A stretch of 24,730 bases of DNA from positions 1-24,730 of the IMG/VR virus record IMGVR_UViG_3300033406_000043; one strand, given 5' to 3'. A model generated the notes under the pieces. The model did not search any database. It saw only the letters and a list, made by a program, of their open reading frames with translations, and was not told the DNA's origin. Position numbers and translations under genes: made by a program. The DNA comes from a virus (Duplodnaviria; Caudoviricetes). Below, one piece after another: positions 1 through 9,100 of this stretch (the stretch's first letter is position 1; the number at the start of each line of letters is the position of its first letter).

Positions 1-463
1 TTTCCATGTTGTCACGAATCTTAACCCATAGGCTAGAAGTGGAGTCGATTTCGGTTTCTAGCTCGGTAATGACAGTTGCTACAGCCTCAGTTGAAGCATT
101 ACTAATCAGGTCGGACAGTTCACTCAGTACAGCAGTAATAACCGAAGTTACTGCGCTGGCAGTGGTTGCGACCATTGTGATAGTTCCGGTTACAGTATCG
201 CCAGCTTCTACGGTCACGGTAGCAGTATTAGAAGTGTACCCGTCCAGTGTTGCGGTAAAGGTCTGGCTCCCGGCCGCCAAGTCGCTAAAGGTTGCAGTAC
301 CATCGGTCCCGGTAGTAGCCGTGGTGGTCACTTCATCAATTGTTACGCTGACAGTCGCCCCGGATAACACCGTTTCGGCACTGTTTTGCACCGTGATGGT
401 GACAGCTCCGGTTGAAGCCGTTTCAGTATCGGCAAACCTCTGTAAATTAAAATTCGTTTTCAT
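1..463 (-). CDS. Ig-like (carboxypeptidase-regulatory/Big-type) beta-sandwich protein, truncated at window edge; N-terminal FNLQRFA motif
   Basis: Not in the ORF track because it has no stop in the window. Manual translation from ATG 463 (RBS AAGGATGTG): MKTNFNLQRFADTETASTGAVTITVQNSAETVLSGATVSVTIDEVTTTATTGTDGTATFSDLAAGSQTFTATLDGY...LWVKIRDNME. The GATV...TGTDG.A.F..L..G...TATLDGY pattern is typical of this fold. Confidence 0.75.
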   Translation of the reverse strand, partial: MKTNFNLQRFADTETASTGAVTITVQNSAETVLSGATVSVTIDEVTTTATTGTDGTATFSDLAAGSQTFTATLDGYTSNTATVTVEAGDTVTGTITMVATTASAVTSVITAVLSELSDLISNASTEAVATVITELETEIDSTSSLWVKIRDNME

Positions 464-673
464 GTTAAAAACACATCCTTTTATATTTTTTATTGTCCAC
501 CGCAGTAAACGGGCGATGGTCCGTAAACCAAACGGGACGGCCTTAGCCGCCTCCGCTTCGATCACATTAATAATCGCCACCCTTGCGGCCTGTAGTTCAG
601 CCTGCACTGGTGGCGACTCAGCAAGTTTTATGAGGTATGGTAACACCTGTTTTTCAACTTCTGCTATATCCAT
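464..673 (-). CDS. 70-codon helical hypothetical segment, in frame with the 463 gene (N-terminal extension or separate gene)
   Basis: ATG at 673, 2 nt after the protease stop, with RBS AGAGGT. MDIAEVEKQVLPYLIKLAESPPVQAELQAARVAIINVIEAEAAKAVPFGLRTIARLLRWTIKNIKGCVFN reads without a stop into ATG 463. Confidence 0.6.
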
Positions 674-675
674 GG

Positions 676-1419
676 CTAACCTCTGCTTGTCCAGCAATCA
701 CTGGAATATTTATCGTAGTAATCATACGGCAAATAAAAATAACCCAGGTCTCCCCAGGTTAGGCCCCAACTGTTCCTTACTATTAGGTGGGCTTTTTCAT
801 CGTCATAGCCCACTACTAATACTGCGTGACCGCCTAAATCTTGTTCTTTCGTGGTATCCGGCATCGGCACTATTCCAGTGCTGGTAACTCCGTCAGACTC
901 AAAGGATTCAAATACCTCAATACCGATAACAACTGGCAAGCCCTCTGCCAAGGCCGCTTTTAGTTGGGCCAAATCTGTTATGCGGTGGTATTCTTTTACC
1001 TTATACGGTGCGGCATCGGCAACCATTTTGTCAGTCGGTGGATTAGTGAACGTGGATATATCGTAGGGCCAGTCAGTCTCAGGGCACACGCCAATTTGAT
1101 TCAGTACTTTCATACCGTCCCGAATCATAGCGCCGCTGTCCTCGCTGACGGAATCCTCCATAAGACGTTCCTGGTAGTACAGAAACAGCCGGGAAAGTTG
1201 CAGCCACTTGGTCTCTTTGTTAATGAGCAAATACTCTCTGAGGCCGCTGGCAATCGCATTAGCCGTGCAGGAGCCTAACTCGCCTTGATTTACAATTGGA
1301 CTACATTTCTTTCGCAGGTCAACACTTGCCGGCAGTTGTTCTGTTTTTTTGAAACAGGCTGAACAAAATACATGATCGCGCATATCTGGGGTATCTTTTT
1401 TGAGTAGGTATTTACGCAT
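676..1419 (-). CDS. Papain-family (C1A) cysteine peptidase, xylellain-like
   Basis: Oxyanion Gln and catalytic Cys in NQGELGSCTANA, catalytic His in GGHAVLVVGY, Asn in IVRNSWG..WGDLGYFYLPY; DTPDMRD N-terminal segment; RBS AAGGAG; no signal peptide visible. Confidence 0.95.
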   Translation of the reverse strand: MRKYLLKKDTPDMRDHVFCSACFKKTEQLPASVDLRKKCSPIVNQGELGSCTANAIASGLREYLLINKETKWLQLSRLFLYYQERLMEDSVSEDSGAMIRDGMKVLNQIGVCPETDWPYDISTFTNPPTDKMVADAAPYKVKEYHRITDLAQLKAALAEGLPVVIGIEVFESFESDGVTSTGIVPMPDTTKEQDLGGHAVLVVGYDDEKAHLIVRNSWGLTWGDLGYFYLPYDYYDKYSSDCWTSRG

Positions 1420-1436
1420 AGAATCACACTCCTTAT

Positions 1437-1473
1437 AAAATTAAAAGCCGTCTACATTGATAGTAGCGGCTTT
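1437..1473 (-). terminator. Probable intrinsic terminator between endolysin and protease
   Basis: Minus strand AAAGCCGCTAC-TATCAAT-GTAGACGGCTTTTAATTTT: bulged stem followed by a U-rich tail. Confidence 0.55.
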
Positions 1474-1938
1474 CTAAACTAGATTAGGTAACATGGCATA
1501 CAAAGTATCGCCTGGGCAGTCTGTAGCATCACTTGGGTCATTAACAATGCCAGCAACGTCCCTGTGACCGATTATCTGAGCGTTGGGGTACTTGGCTTTA
1601 AGATCAGATAAGTTGTCTTTTAAGGCGGCAATTTGAGCATCTGTCGGTGTGTCTACGCCTTGAAAATTTCCTTCAAGCGTTATGCCAATCGACGTTTTGT
1701 TAACCCCATAAGCATGAGCGCCAATAGTATCATCCGGGCGGCCTTGAACCGTTGTGCCATCGCCTTTAATAACCCGGTGGTAAGCAATGCCATTATCTCC
1801 AATATTGATATGTTCTTGCCATATTGCTTGGGTATCTTGATTTTGTGGTCCATCGGTATGATGCACCACAATGTAATCAGTTGAGTTTCGCTGAGTAAGT
1901 TCGTGAGGCCAAGGCCAATCCTTTTGTACGATATTCAT
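1474..1938 (-). CDS. Endolysin, N-acetylmuramoyl-L-alanine amidase (Amidase_2, T7 lysozyme-like), catalytic domain only
   Basis: IVVHHT, IAYHRVI, GRP...GAHA, IIGHRD and TDCPG Zn-amidase motifs; directly follows the holin. Confidence 0.95.
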   Translation of the reverse strand: MNIVQKDWPWPHELTQRNSTDYIVVHHTDGPQNQDTQAIWQEHINIGDNGIAYHRVIKGDGTTVQGRPDDTIGAHAYGVNKTSIGITLEGNFQGVDTPTDAQIAALKDNLSDLKAKYPNAQIIGHRDVAGIVNDPSDATDCPGDTLYAMLPNLV

Positions 1939-2112
1939 TTATAACCTTTCCTTTCTAAAAAGTTTTTTCGTTAAATAAATAATCTGCAAGGCAAGATATA
2001 CCATGGTAAGAATATAAACCCAATCCGCTAATTGAACGTTTAAAAACGTTAAGGTTGACACTGCAACAGGTGGAATAGATTGTTTTACGAAACCCTCTAC
2101 CTCATTTCCCAT
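1939..2112 (-). CDS. Holin, T7 gp17.5-like (57 aa)
   Basis: Below the ORF track cutoff. MGNEVEGFVKQSIPPVAVSTLTFLNVQLADWVYILTMVYLALQIIYLTKKLFRKERL has the L..W.Y....Y...QI pattern of T7-type holins and a basic C-terminus; RBS GGGAGGGTG; its TAA abuts the endolysin ATG. Confidence 0.85.
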   Translation of the reverse strand: MGNEVEGFVKQSIPPVAVSTLTFLNVQLADWVYILTMVYLALQIIYLTKKLFRKERL

Positions 2113-2127
2113 CCCTCACCCTCCCCA

Positions 2128-2150
2128 TAAAAAATAGGCCTCATGGCCTT
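2128..2150 (-). terminator. Weak intrinsic terminator between tail and lysis modules
   Basis: Minus strand AGGCC-ATGA-GGCCT-ATTTTTT. Confidence 0.5.
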
Positions 2151-2430
2151 AACTTTCTAAAACATCAGTTGCATCTGAAAAATCATCAGTTGTTTTGAGA
2201 TATACATAGCCTTGTTTGATGAAGTTCGCACCTGTAGAAGTTATGTCCGGTGTAAATGTATAGTTTTTTGACGGAGCAAGCGCACTTGAACCTGCATAAA
2301 ACTGCGTTCGCGAGACATAGTAGTTAACCGTCAAGCGAACAGAGTCTCTACCAGCTTGATTATCAATACGTACATACACATCCGATACGGTCAACCCGCT
2401 GTCTAAGGTGATGGTCTTTGTTAAAGCCAT
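2149..2430 (-). CDS. Small tail-spike-associated protein (possible chaperone), 93 aa
   Basis: Start revised to ATG 2430 (RBS GAAAGGAGGG). MALTKTITL...NFIKQGYVYLKT.DDFSDATDV resembles small proteins found after phage tail spikes; the function is positional inference. Confidence 0.7.
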   Translation of the reverse strand: MALTKTITLDSGLTVSDVYVRIDNQAGRDSVRLTVNYYVSRTQFYAGSSALAPSKNYTFTPDITSTGANFIKQGYVYLKTTDDFSDATDVLES

Positions 2431-2447
2431 TTTATAACCCTCCTTTC

Positions 2448-5336
2448 TTATACTAAATAAGTAAACTGTAACCATACAAGTACAGTTGCGGCTTGGATGT
2501 CCGAGCCTTGTACCAATGCGGTGTTGTAAGAACTGTTAATCGTGGCAAGTTGAATATAATTTGTTCCGGAAACCGCAAACGCTGACCTTAAAACTCCACT
2601 CGACCCCCAGCCGGATTGCCTGCCTATTGTAATCGATGTATCAAAACTAAACGTAGACGGTAACCCAGAAATTCTAACATTGCCATCAATCGTACTGTCA
2701 ATTGTAGCAGTTATTGCAACATGCCCAAAAATAACATTACCAATTTTGGTATACGTGCCTTCCTGCACCGTATAAGTATGGCTCCCGGCTGTGGTAGAGC
2801 CTATTATTTTTGGGGTGAAAGTGCCACCCGTGACCACTGTACCGAGTACTTGCCAATCAGTTTTAGCACTTGTGCCATTTGCCAGATACGTATATCCATT
2901 AGTATTAATAAGTGATTGCCCTATAAATTTTGGTGCAGAGGTGGGTGCAGCAGTAGCTAATACTGGTTTTATGCCACCAAAAACGGTTTGTGTATATTCC
3001 GTTCCGTCAGGCAATGCTGTAATTAAGGACGCATCGTTTACAAAACTAACCTCCGAATACGCTGCAGTTAACCGCCATGGTTTGAAATTGCTAAGAATAA
3101 CATTTGAATAAGTTTTGTTATAACAAATATAGAAATCAATCACTTTATATTTTGTCGCTTCTTCAGTAACAACCCCAAAAACTGAAATTAAATTACTGGC
3201 GTTATTTTCTTCAACATTATTAGCGATTCGAAGAAAAGCCAAATCGTCTGTAATTGTGGATGCAGCTTGTATTTCAACCGATATGTTACCAGCTTGCGCG
3301 TAACTACCAGAAGTATTAGTCAAAAGATAATCTACTTTGAAACCGCACTCGCTTGCTCTTATTTTAACGGTTGCAAATTGAATATAACTTGTACTGCTGG
3401 TGCTCGAATTTGGCAGAACCACATTATCTGTATTACCAAACCTATTTCCGTTACAATCAACCCGTTCCCACGTTTCACCGGTTACATTTCGGTTGCCAGT
3501 ATCGATAAAATTTCCCTTGCACATTACCGCATCTCTCATATTTACAATAGGCACATCGAGAGACTTTATATATTGAATCAACGCTCTATAATCTGCAATT
3601 TCATCGTCGGTATCTACGTTTTGCGGGTGGGTGCAAAAAACTAACAGTAAATCATTCTCAATTGCGTAATCAACATCGGCTTTACATTTAGCTAGAGTAA
3701 CATTATCTTCGCCAATTCCACCACGCCGTTCGATATGATAATTATCAAATATACCTGTACGGCCTAGACCGGTAGTATCGTCTGCACCATCTACAAAGCC
3801 ACCGCCACTAACAAAGCCACAACGAAAATGTTTTCTTATAACCCGATCAGACATTTCGTTGTATTTTCCGTTAGGCGCGAAATAAAAATCATCGTCACAG
3901 CCATGTGCCGCTAATAATTTTTTTGATAATACAACATCAACTTCAAATTCTGTCTCTGTCACTGCCGTAGCATCAATGTGCGAATGAGAGTGAGAGGCAA
4001 CCGTCCAACCCGCTTTTTTCAACGCCACCACTTGGTCCCATGTTAAAAAATATGAGCTTACGCCAATGCTCTTAGTAATTATAGGTATTGTGCAGGGTAC
4101 ATTTTCAGCCTTTGGCCCAAAGATTTTCTCATAAAATACACTCCAAGCAGTTTTTTGACCATCATCACCAACGAAGGCAACCATAGCCCCCTTATAAGTG
4201 CCGCCAGGATGATTCGTTAGAGAGCCTTTAAACCATCTTAAATCAGTAATATCATCATCAGTAATCGTCGTTACTCCGGCATCAACCGCAATTTGAGCCA
4301 AAGCTAATGCACCATCTGGCAAGTCAGGAGCCGTTGAACTTGCCGCCGTACTAGTTGTTGCTGTTCCTTCTGTAATTACGCCAGTGCCAGTCACCGTCAT
4401 ACTTCCCGGAGTATTGCCGTCTCCTGCTGTATTCTCGGTTATGGTTATAACGCCGTCACTCGCGGTTGCCGTATATGTAGCACTAACAGTTGAGTTAGCG
4501 TTTAAAGCGGTTGCGAAATTAGTCATTGAAGTTGCTATATCAGAACCCAAAACAAAGTCCGCAGAATCTTGTGTCGCTGTTGTGACTGTGATGGTTATTC
4601 CGTCAAAAACAATTGTGTCACCGCTTGCGAAATTAGTTGTCAGCGTATAAGCGCAACTGCCAGCTACCGCCGCCGTGCCAAGATCACCAGCTAGGTAAGT
4701 AATTTCACCCGCCGAACTTACATATATTAGGTCAGTTCGCGGTAATGCGCTATCTGCTGTATCGATTGCCTGCGCTGATACTTCTGCTATTTCATAACGC
4801 TCACCACTTGACGGATGAATAATCCCTGCAGAAATAGCTACCGTCATATCTGCCGTTGATTGTGCCGTTACCGCAAGACCATATATTACACCATATCCGG
4901 TAGATTCTTGTATGGTAGTCTGCACAGTATCTAGCGGGTAGGCTGTGCCTTGCTGCGCTACCTCTTGAGCAATGGCCGCTGAAGCAGCAGAGTTAGACGC
5001 GCTATTTGTCGCTGAGGTTGCAGAAGCCGCCGCTGCCGTTGCGCTTGTTGCCGCGTTCTCTTCACTGGTTTTTGAATTTGCCTCATACGTAGCAAGTAAT
5101 GTTTCGGCAGCTGCCACTGTATCTGCTGCCGCTGTGGTCGCCGCCTCGGTTGCTACAACAGAGTATGCCGCCGATTCTGTTGCGCTTGCCGCGCTTGCAG
5201 TAGCATGGGCTAACGCATTGGCCTCGCTTGTGGCGGCATCTGTGGCACTGGTTGAGGCGGCATCCGAATAGTTTAGCACTTTTTGGGCCACTTTCTTATC
5301 TACAGTGGAGATTTGAACGCTTACAACTTCGCTCAT
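2448..5336 (-). CDS. Tail fibre/spike receptor-binding protein with internal CE4 (NodB-type) polysaccharide deacetylase domain
   Basis: Ala/Ser/Thr-rich N-terminal stalk (ATSEANA, KTSEENAATSA); CE4 motifs FVGDDG, ASHSHSH, FAPNG, FCTHP; C-terminal GTFTP...GTYTKIGNVI...ISGLP beta-sandwich typical of tail fibre ends. Confidence 0.85.
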   Translation of the reverse strand: MSEVVSVQISTVDKKVAQKVLNYSDAASTSATDAATSEANALAHATASAASATESAAYSVVATEAATTAAADTVAAAETLLATYEANSKTSEENAATSATAAAASATSATNSASNSAASAAIAQEVAQQGTAYPLDTVQTTIQESTGYGVIYGLAVTAQSTADMTVAISAGIIHPSSGERYEIAEVSAQAIDTADSALPRTDLIYVSSAGEITYLAGDLGTAAVAGSCAYTLTTNFASGDTIVFDGITITVTTATQDSADFVLGSDIATSMTNFATALNANSTVSATYTATASDGVITITENTAGDGNTPGSMTVTGTGVITEGTATTSTAASSTAPDLPDGALALAQIAVDAGVTTITDDDITDLRWFKGSLTNHPGGTYKGAMVAFVGDDGQKTAWSVFYEKIFGPKAENVPCTIPIITKSIGVSSYFLTWDQVVALKKAGWTVASHSHSHIDATAVTETEFEVDVVLSKKLLAAHGCDDDFYFAPNGKYNEMSDRVIRKHFRCGFVSGGGFVDGADDTTGLGRTGIFDNYHIERRGGIGEDNVTLAKCKADVDYAIENDLLLVFCTHPQNVDTDDEIADYRALIQYIKSLDVPIVNMRDAVMCKGNFIDTGNRNVTGETWERVDCNGNRFGNTDNVVLPNSSTSSTSYIQFATVKIRASECGFKVDYLLTNTSGSYAQAGNISVEIQAASTITDDLAFLRIANNVEENNASNLISVFGVVTEEATKYKVIDFYICYNKTYSNVILSNFKPWRLTAAYSEVSFVNDASLITALPDGTEYTQTVFGGIKPVLATAAPTSAPKFIGQSLINTNGYTYLANGTSAKTDWQVLGTVVTGGTFTPKIIGSTTAGSHTYTVQEGTYTKIGNVIFGHVAITATIDSTIDGNVRISGLPSTFSFDTSITIGRQSGWGSSGVLRSAFAVSGTNYIQLATINSSYNTALVQGSDIQAATVLVWLQFTYLV

Positions 5337-5344
5337 AAAATCAC

Positions 5345-5680
5345 CTACCTTTCTATAGGAATTGAGCCTTCCATGTAGCGGTCAGTAGTGCTGGAATTAG
5401 CCAACGACAAGGAATAATGTGCGGTTCCCACACTCAGAGATGCGGTCGTGGTGGCATCAATTTCGCACTCAATTGTCCCTGCTGTACCGCCAAGGGTTAG
5501 ACCATCTGAGCTGGTTAGAGTCAAAATAGCATCGTCAGTGTCGGCGCTCTCGGTTATGGTCAGTGTGGCGGTGTAGTCGGTTAAATCTTTTAATCTTCCA
5601 TCGACGTACATGTATATAGTCGGGTCCCAGCTACAGCCGCGCTTGATTGCTGGCAGATTGACATGGGCCGTAGTAATCAT
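5345..5680 (-). CDS. Small tail protein, BppU-N/LtfC-like Ig-fold adaptor (111 aa)
   Basis: Start revised to ATG 5680 (RBS GAAAGGAGGA); IKRG.....DLTDYTA...T..L....HYSL......RYMEG.I pattern; precedes the spike gene. Confidence 0.65.
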   Translation of the reverse strand: MITTAHVNLPAIKRGCSWDPTIYMYVDGRLKDLTDYTATLTITESADTDDAILTLTSSDGLTLGGTAGTIECEIDATTTASLSVGTAHYSLSLANSSTTDRYMEGSIPIER

Positions 5681-5701
5681 GCAATTCCTCCTTTCTGGAC
5701 A

Positions 5702-5733
5702 TAATAAAAGAGAGTAGCGCGAGGCCACTCTCT
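5702..5733 (-). terminator. Intrinsic terminator-like hairpin at the moron boundary
   Basis: Minus strand AGAGAGTGGC-CTCGC-GCTACTCTCT-TTTATTAT. Confidence 0.55.
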
Positions 5734-5770
5734 GGGATATACTGTAAATAAAATTGTATGGGGTGCTGAT

Positions 5771-6091
5771 ATGGGCATATTAAAAAATATAGCCTCTAAC
5801 TGGTTTGTTCTTGCATTTTGGGGAGTAATAATATTGCTTGGTGTTTTTTATTCACACGACTTATTGTTTTATATAGCCTGTATTTTCGGCGCATTAATGT
5901 TAGCTGGCTTTATATTATCTATTTTGTGGTGGATAGTCTCATTGAAATATGGGAAAGAATTTTTAGTGTGTTTTGTTTTTTTGTATTTGGCTGTATCAGC
6001 AATAATTATCCTGTTTAAACAACCGCACACTCCTTCTTTTATCGAAGATCAGGAACAAGAAGAACAATATGAACGGTCAAGGAGGTATTAA
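5771..6091 (+). CDS. Moron: small membrane protein with three predicted TM helices
   Basis: Only credible plus-strand gene; visibly AT-rich; three hydrophobic segments and a charged C-terminal tail; RBS GGGGTG; TATACT at 5738-5743 is a candidate -10. Confidence 0.75.
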   Translation: MGILKNIASNWFVLAFWGVIILLGVFYSHDLLFYIACIFGALMLAGFILSILWWIVSLKYGKEFLVCFVFLYLAVSAIIILFKQPHTPSFIEDQEQEEQYERSRRY

Positions 6092-6102
6092 CCTCCTTGT
6101 TT

Positions 6103-9100
6103 TTATTTACCCAGCATAACGGTTTTGTAATAAATGTTAGCTTTTTCTAGTTCCTTTAATTGTTCTCCATTCAATGACTGTTTGAATTTAACTTTGTCAG
6201 CTTTATTCAGGCCAGAAAGAGGATCAAGCGAATCAAGTGATTTTTTTAACCCTTTTTTATTGCCGCCAAGTTTAGTGTATTGGTCAAGATAAAAAGCCGC
6301 GCTCTGTTCGTCTTTAAGCCGCAAAGCCATCTTGTAATTGCGTAACGCGTCTGACTTAGGAGAACTAAAATCACCGTCGCCGCCTTTACCAATATCTTTT
6401 AGAAAATCTCGTTTTTTATCTTGAATGTTGTAATATGCTACTTGGCTAGGGTCTGATTTGTAGTAGATAAAATTTTCCCCTGTATTTTCTGTAAAATATG
6501 GTTTGCTTGGTCTAGGATTTATTCCCAATGCTTGGGCTGTGTCTGTTTTAGACAATGATTTGAATTCATTTCCAAGTCCCAAACTATCAGCAATGTATTG
6601 ACCATTATCATGTATGGTCTTAGGGTTAAATACATCAGGGTATAACTTTTTGCCAGATAGCATTTCAAATGGGCTTTTTATAAACGGAGACATCCCCTGG
6701 GCAACTTTATTTACAGGGCTTTTACCCCAATCTATAGCAATCTCTTTCATACTTCGGCTGCCGTCGAGATAATCTTTAATATCTTTAACAGGGGTGTCTA
6801 ATCCAAACCATTCTAAAAAGTCAGGAATCGAACCTAATCGGTTAAAGTATCTTACCTTACCATCTTTATCACGGCCTAAAATAATATGCGGGCTTGCTTG
6901 TTCATCCGGAGGCAATTCGTTTTCTTCACTTGGAAACATGAGATTATTATAGGCTTGTAGTGCGCCCCACATTATCCCGGCTTTAACGGTAAATGTTCCT
7001 AACGCATACGCATAATACGGGCTACGTATCAATACATTCCCAACAAGTTTCCTAGATATTGCGGCGCCAACTCCTGTCCAACTATCATCTTTTTGATTTT
7101 TAAAGAACTGAGCATAACGCTTAAAGTTGGTTTCTACGAATGACCAGAAGGGCCAAATATGTTCACGCAATTCCTTGCCGATAACTGAAATGTTGTCATA
7201 TGCGCCTAAAACATCATTGGACAATTTAAAAGCCCTGTCCCGTATATCGGGCAGAGCCATTATCTCCTCTGGTTTTGAAGCACCAAAATTTTTCGGCCTA
7301 CCACCTTTTTCTTGCATCTGCTTTAGATAATCTAAGTAGGTAGCGTATCGGAAAATAGCTTCTCTAAACTGCGTTGCTCGGTTAGCAGTACCCCAATACT
7401 TTTCCCATGCCTTTTTAATGAAATTAGGGTCTTTATCTGCAAACTTTTCAAACATGCGAAGACCGTTAATGTCGGTTAACTCCTGTACTGGTGAAGTCGT
7501 TTCCATGCCGCCGCGCCTGAACCATTCGCCCATTTCAGGAGACATGGCCCTGTCACCGTAAATAGTCTGGTACAGTTCTTTTGTGGCCTGTGGCACTCGC
7601 AAAAATGCGGTTCGGTTCATGGTAAACAGTGCATCAGCATCGCCAGTAACATTTCGTAGGTTATATTTTATAATCCTGGTCGGCGAAATTAGCGTCCAGA
7701 CCTTCCATAAACCTAATAGTTTTTTACTGTATTTGCTTAAAAAGTTGTCTGCCGGCTGTTCACTGATTTTATTCAACGTCTTGGCTACTTCATCTTTTAC
7801 GACTAATTCTTTAAACGGAGAACCTTTAGCAAGAACCTGTCTAACCTGATCGGCGGAAACGCCTACTTCTTCAAGTGCGCCACCTAACAATTTAGAAGCC
7901 AATGTCTCCGGTATTGAATTAGCCATATAGAACGAGCTGCCTTCGCGCGGCTGCCATAAGGTGTAACCGTCGGGAATATTCTCGCGCCACTTGTCACCAA
8001 ACGTATCGAATAATTCATTGCGAATACTGTAGTTTTTATCTACTTTCTTAATTGTGCGGGCTAGTTCGGTGTCATGTATCATTTGGGCCACTACTTCAAA
8101 TTCAGCTTGTAAATAATTAGCGTTTATATCCATTTCTGAACCTTCGCGGCCCTTTAAAAATCCACGATTGGTAGGAGTTTTAAGCCGCTGGCCTGTTCCA
8201 GTTACAGCCCTAAGATTGGCATAGTCTAAAACCTGGTGCCGGAAATAATCTTCACGGTTCATACGGTCAGACACATCAAAGCCAATATCTTTCATGGCCT
8301 GGATATAGTCTTGTTTTAATGCTTCTTGCATCCTTTTACGATTTGCTACTGCTTCGGCTACCACTGGATTATCCTTTACCGCATTATCAACTAGGGATTT
8401 TTCTTTTGTCAGCGTTTTTGGTGTTAGTCCAAAGGGTAAATCTCCTTCGGTTTTGGCTAAGTCGTCAAGGATTACCTTTCGCGTGAATAAATCTAGCCCC
8501 GGTTTATCCAGCTTGATTGTGATACCTTGCAAAAGTCGGGTAGTGCGATCACCAGCAACCGCCTTTTGCTTTTGGAGGTAAAGTAAATCATTTTTTAGTT
8601 GCGAAAATTCAGCTGAGTTTGGCAAATCTTCAAATACTCGAGTAGATTTTTGCCAGAAGGTTTTAACTGCTTCTTTGACTTTAGATATTATGCTTTCCTT
8701 TTTCAAACCTTTAGACGCTTCTTGCCAGCGTTTTTCTATTTCTGGATCACTAAACTTAACACCCTTGGTTGGCTCGGCAATTCCTTTAGTTTCCTTAACC
8801 GTCATGCCTATAGGTAAGTTAACGGGTTCAATTTCTTTGTTAACGGTATTGGCTAAGTCCCGTTCTACATCGCCTAATTTACCTTCGCCTAACTTTTGAG
8901 TTAATTCCTTATCCATATAGGTTGGCGGTTGCTCCATTGTAAGGGGTTGTCTTCCATTGACTTTACCCTTCCCAGCAGATATATTTGTCTTGGAAGATGT
9001 CAGGCTGCGTTCGGGTGTTGTAGGGCGGGCACCGTTCGATTCGGACGTATAGGGAGGGCTGGATTTTTCCGGCACGATCTGCGCAGAAGGCTTCTTCCAC

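Noticed and set aside
6-887. 293-aa plus-strand ORF
   Set aside because: Antisense shadow of the minus-strand genes, which have RBSs and recognisable motifs.
2448-5336. BPP-1-style diversity-generating retroelement targeting the spike
   Set aside because: No reverse transcriptase, avd or template/variable repeat pair seen in this window.
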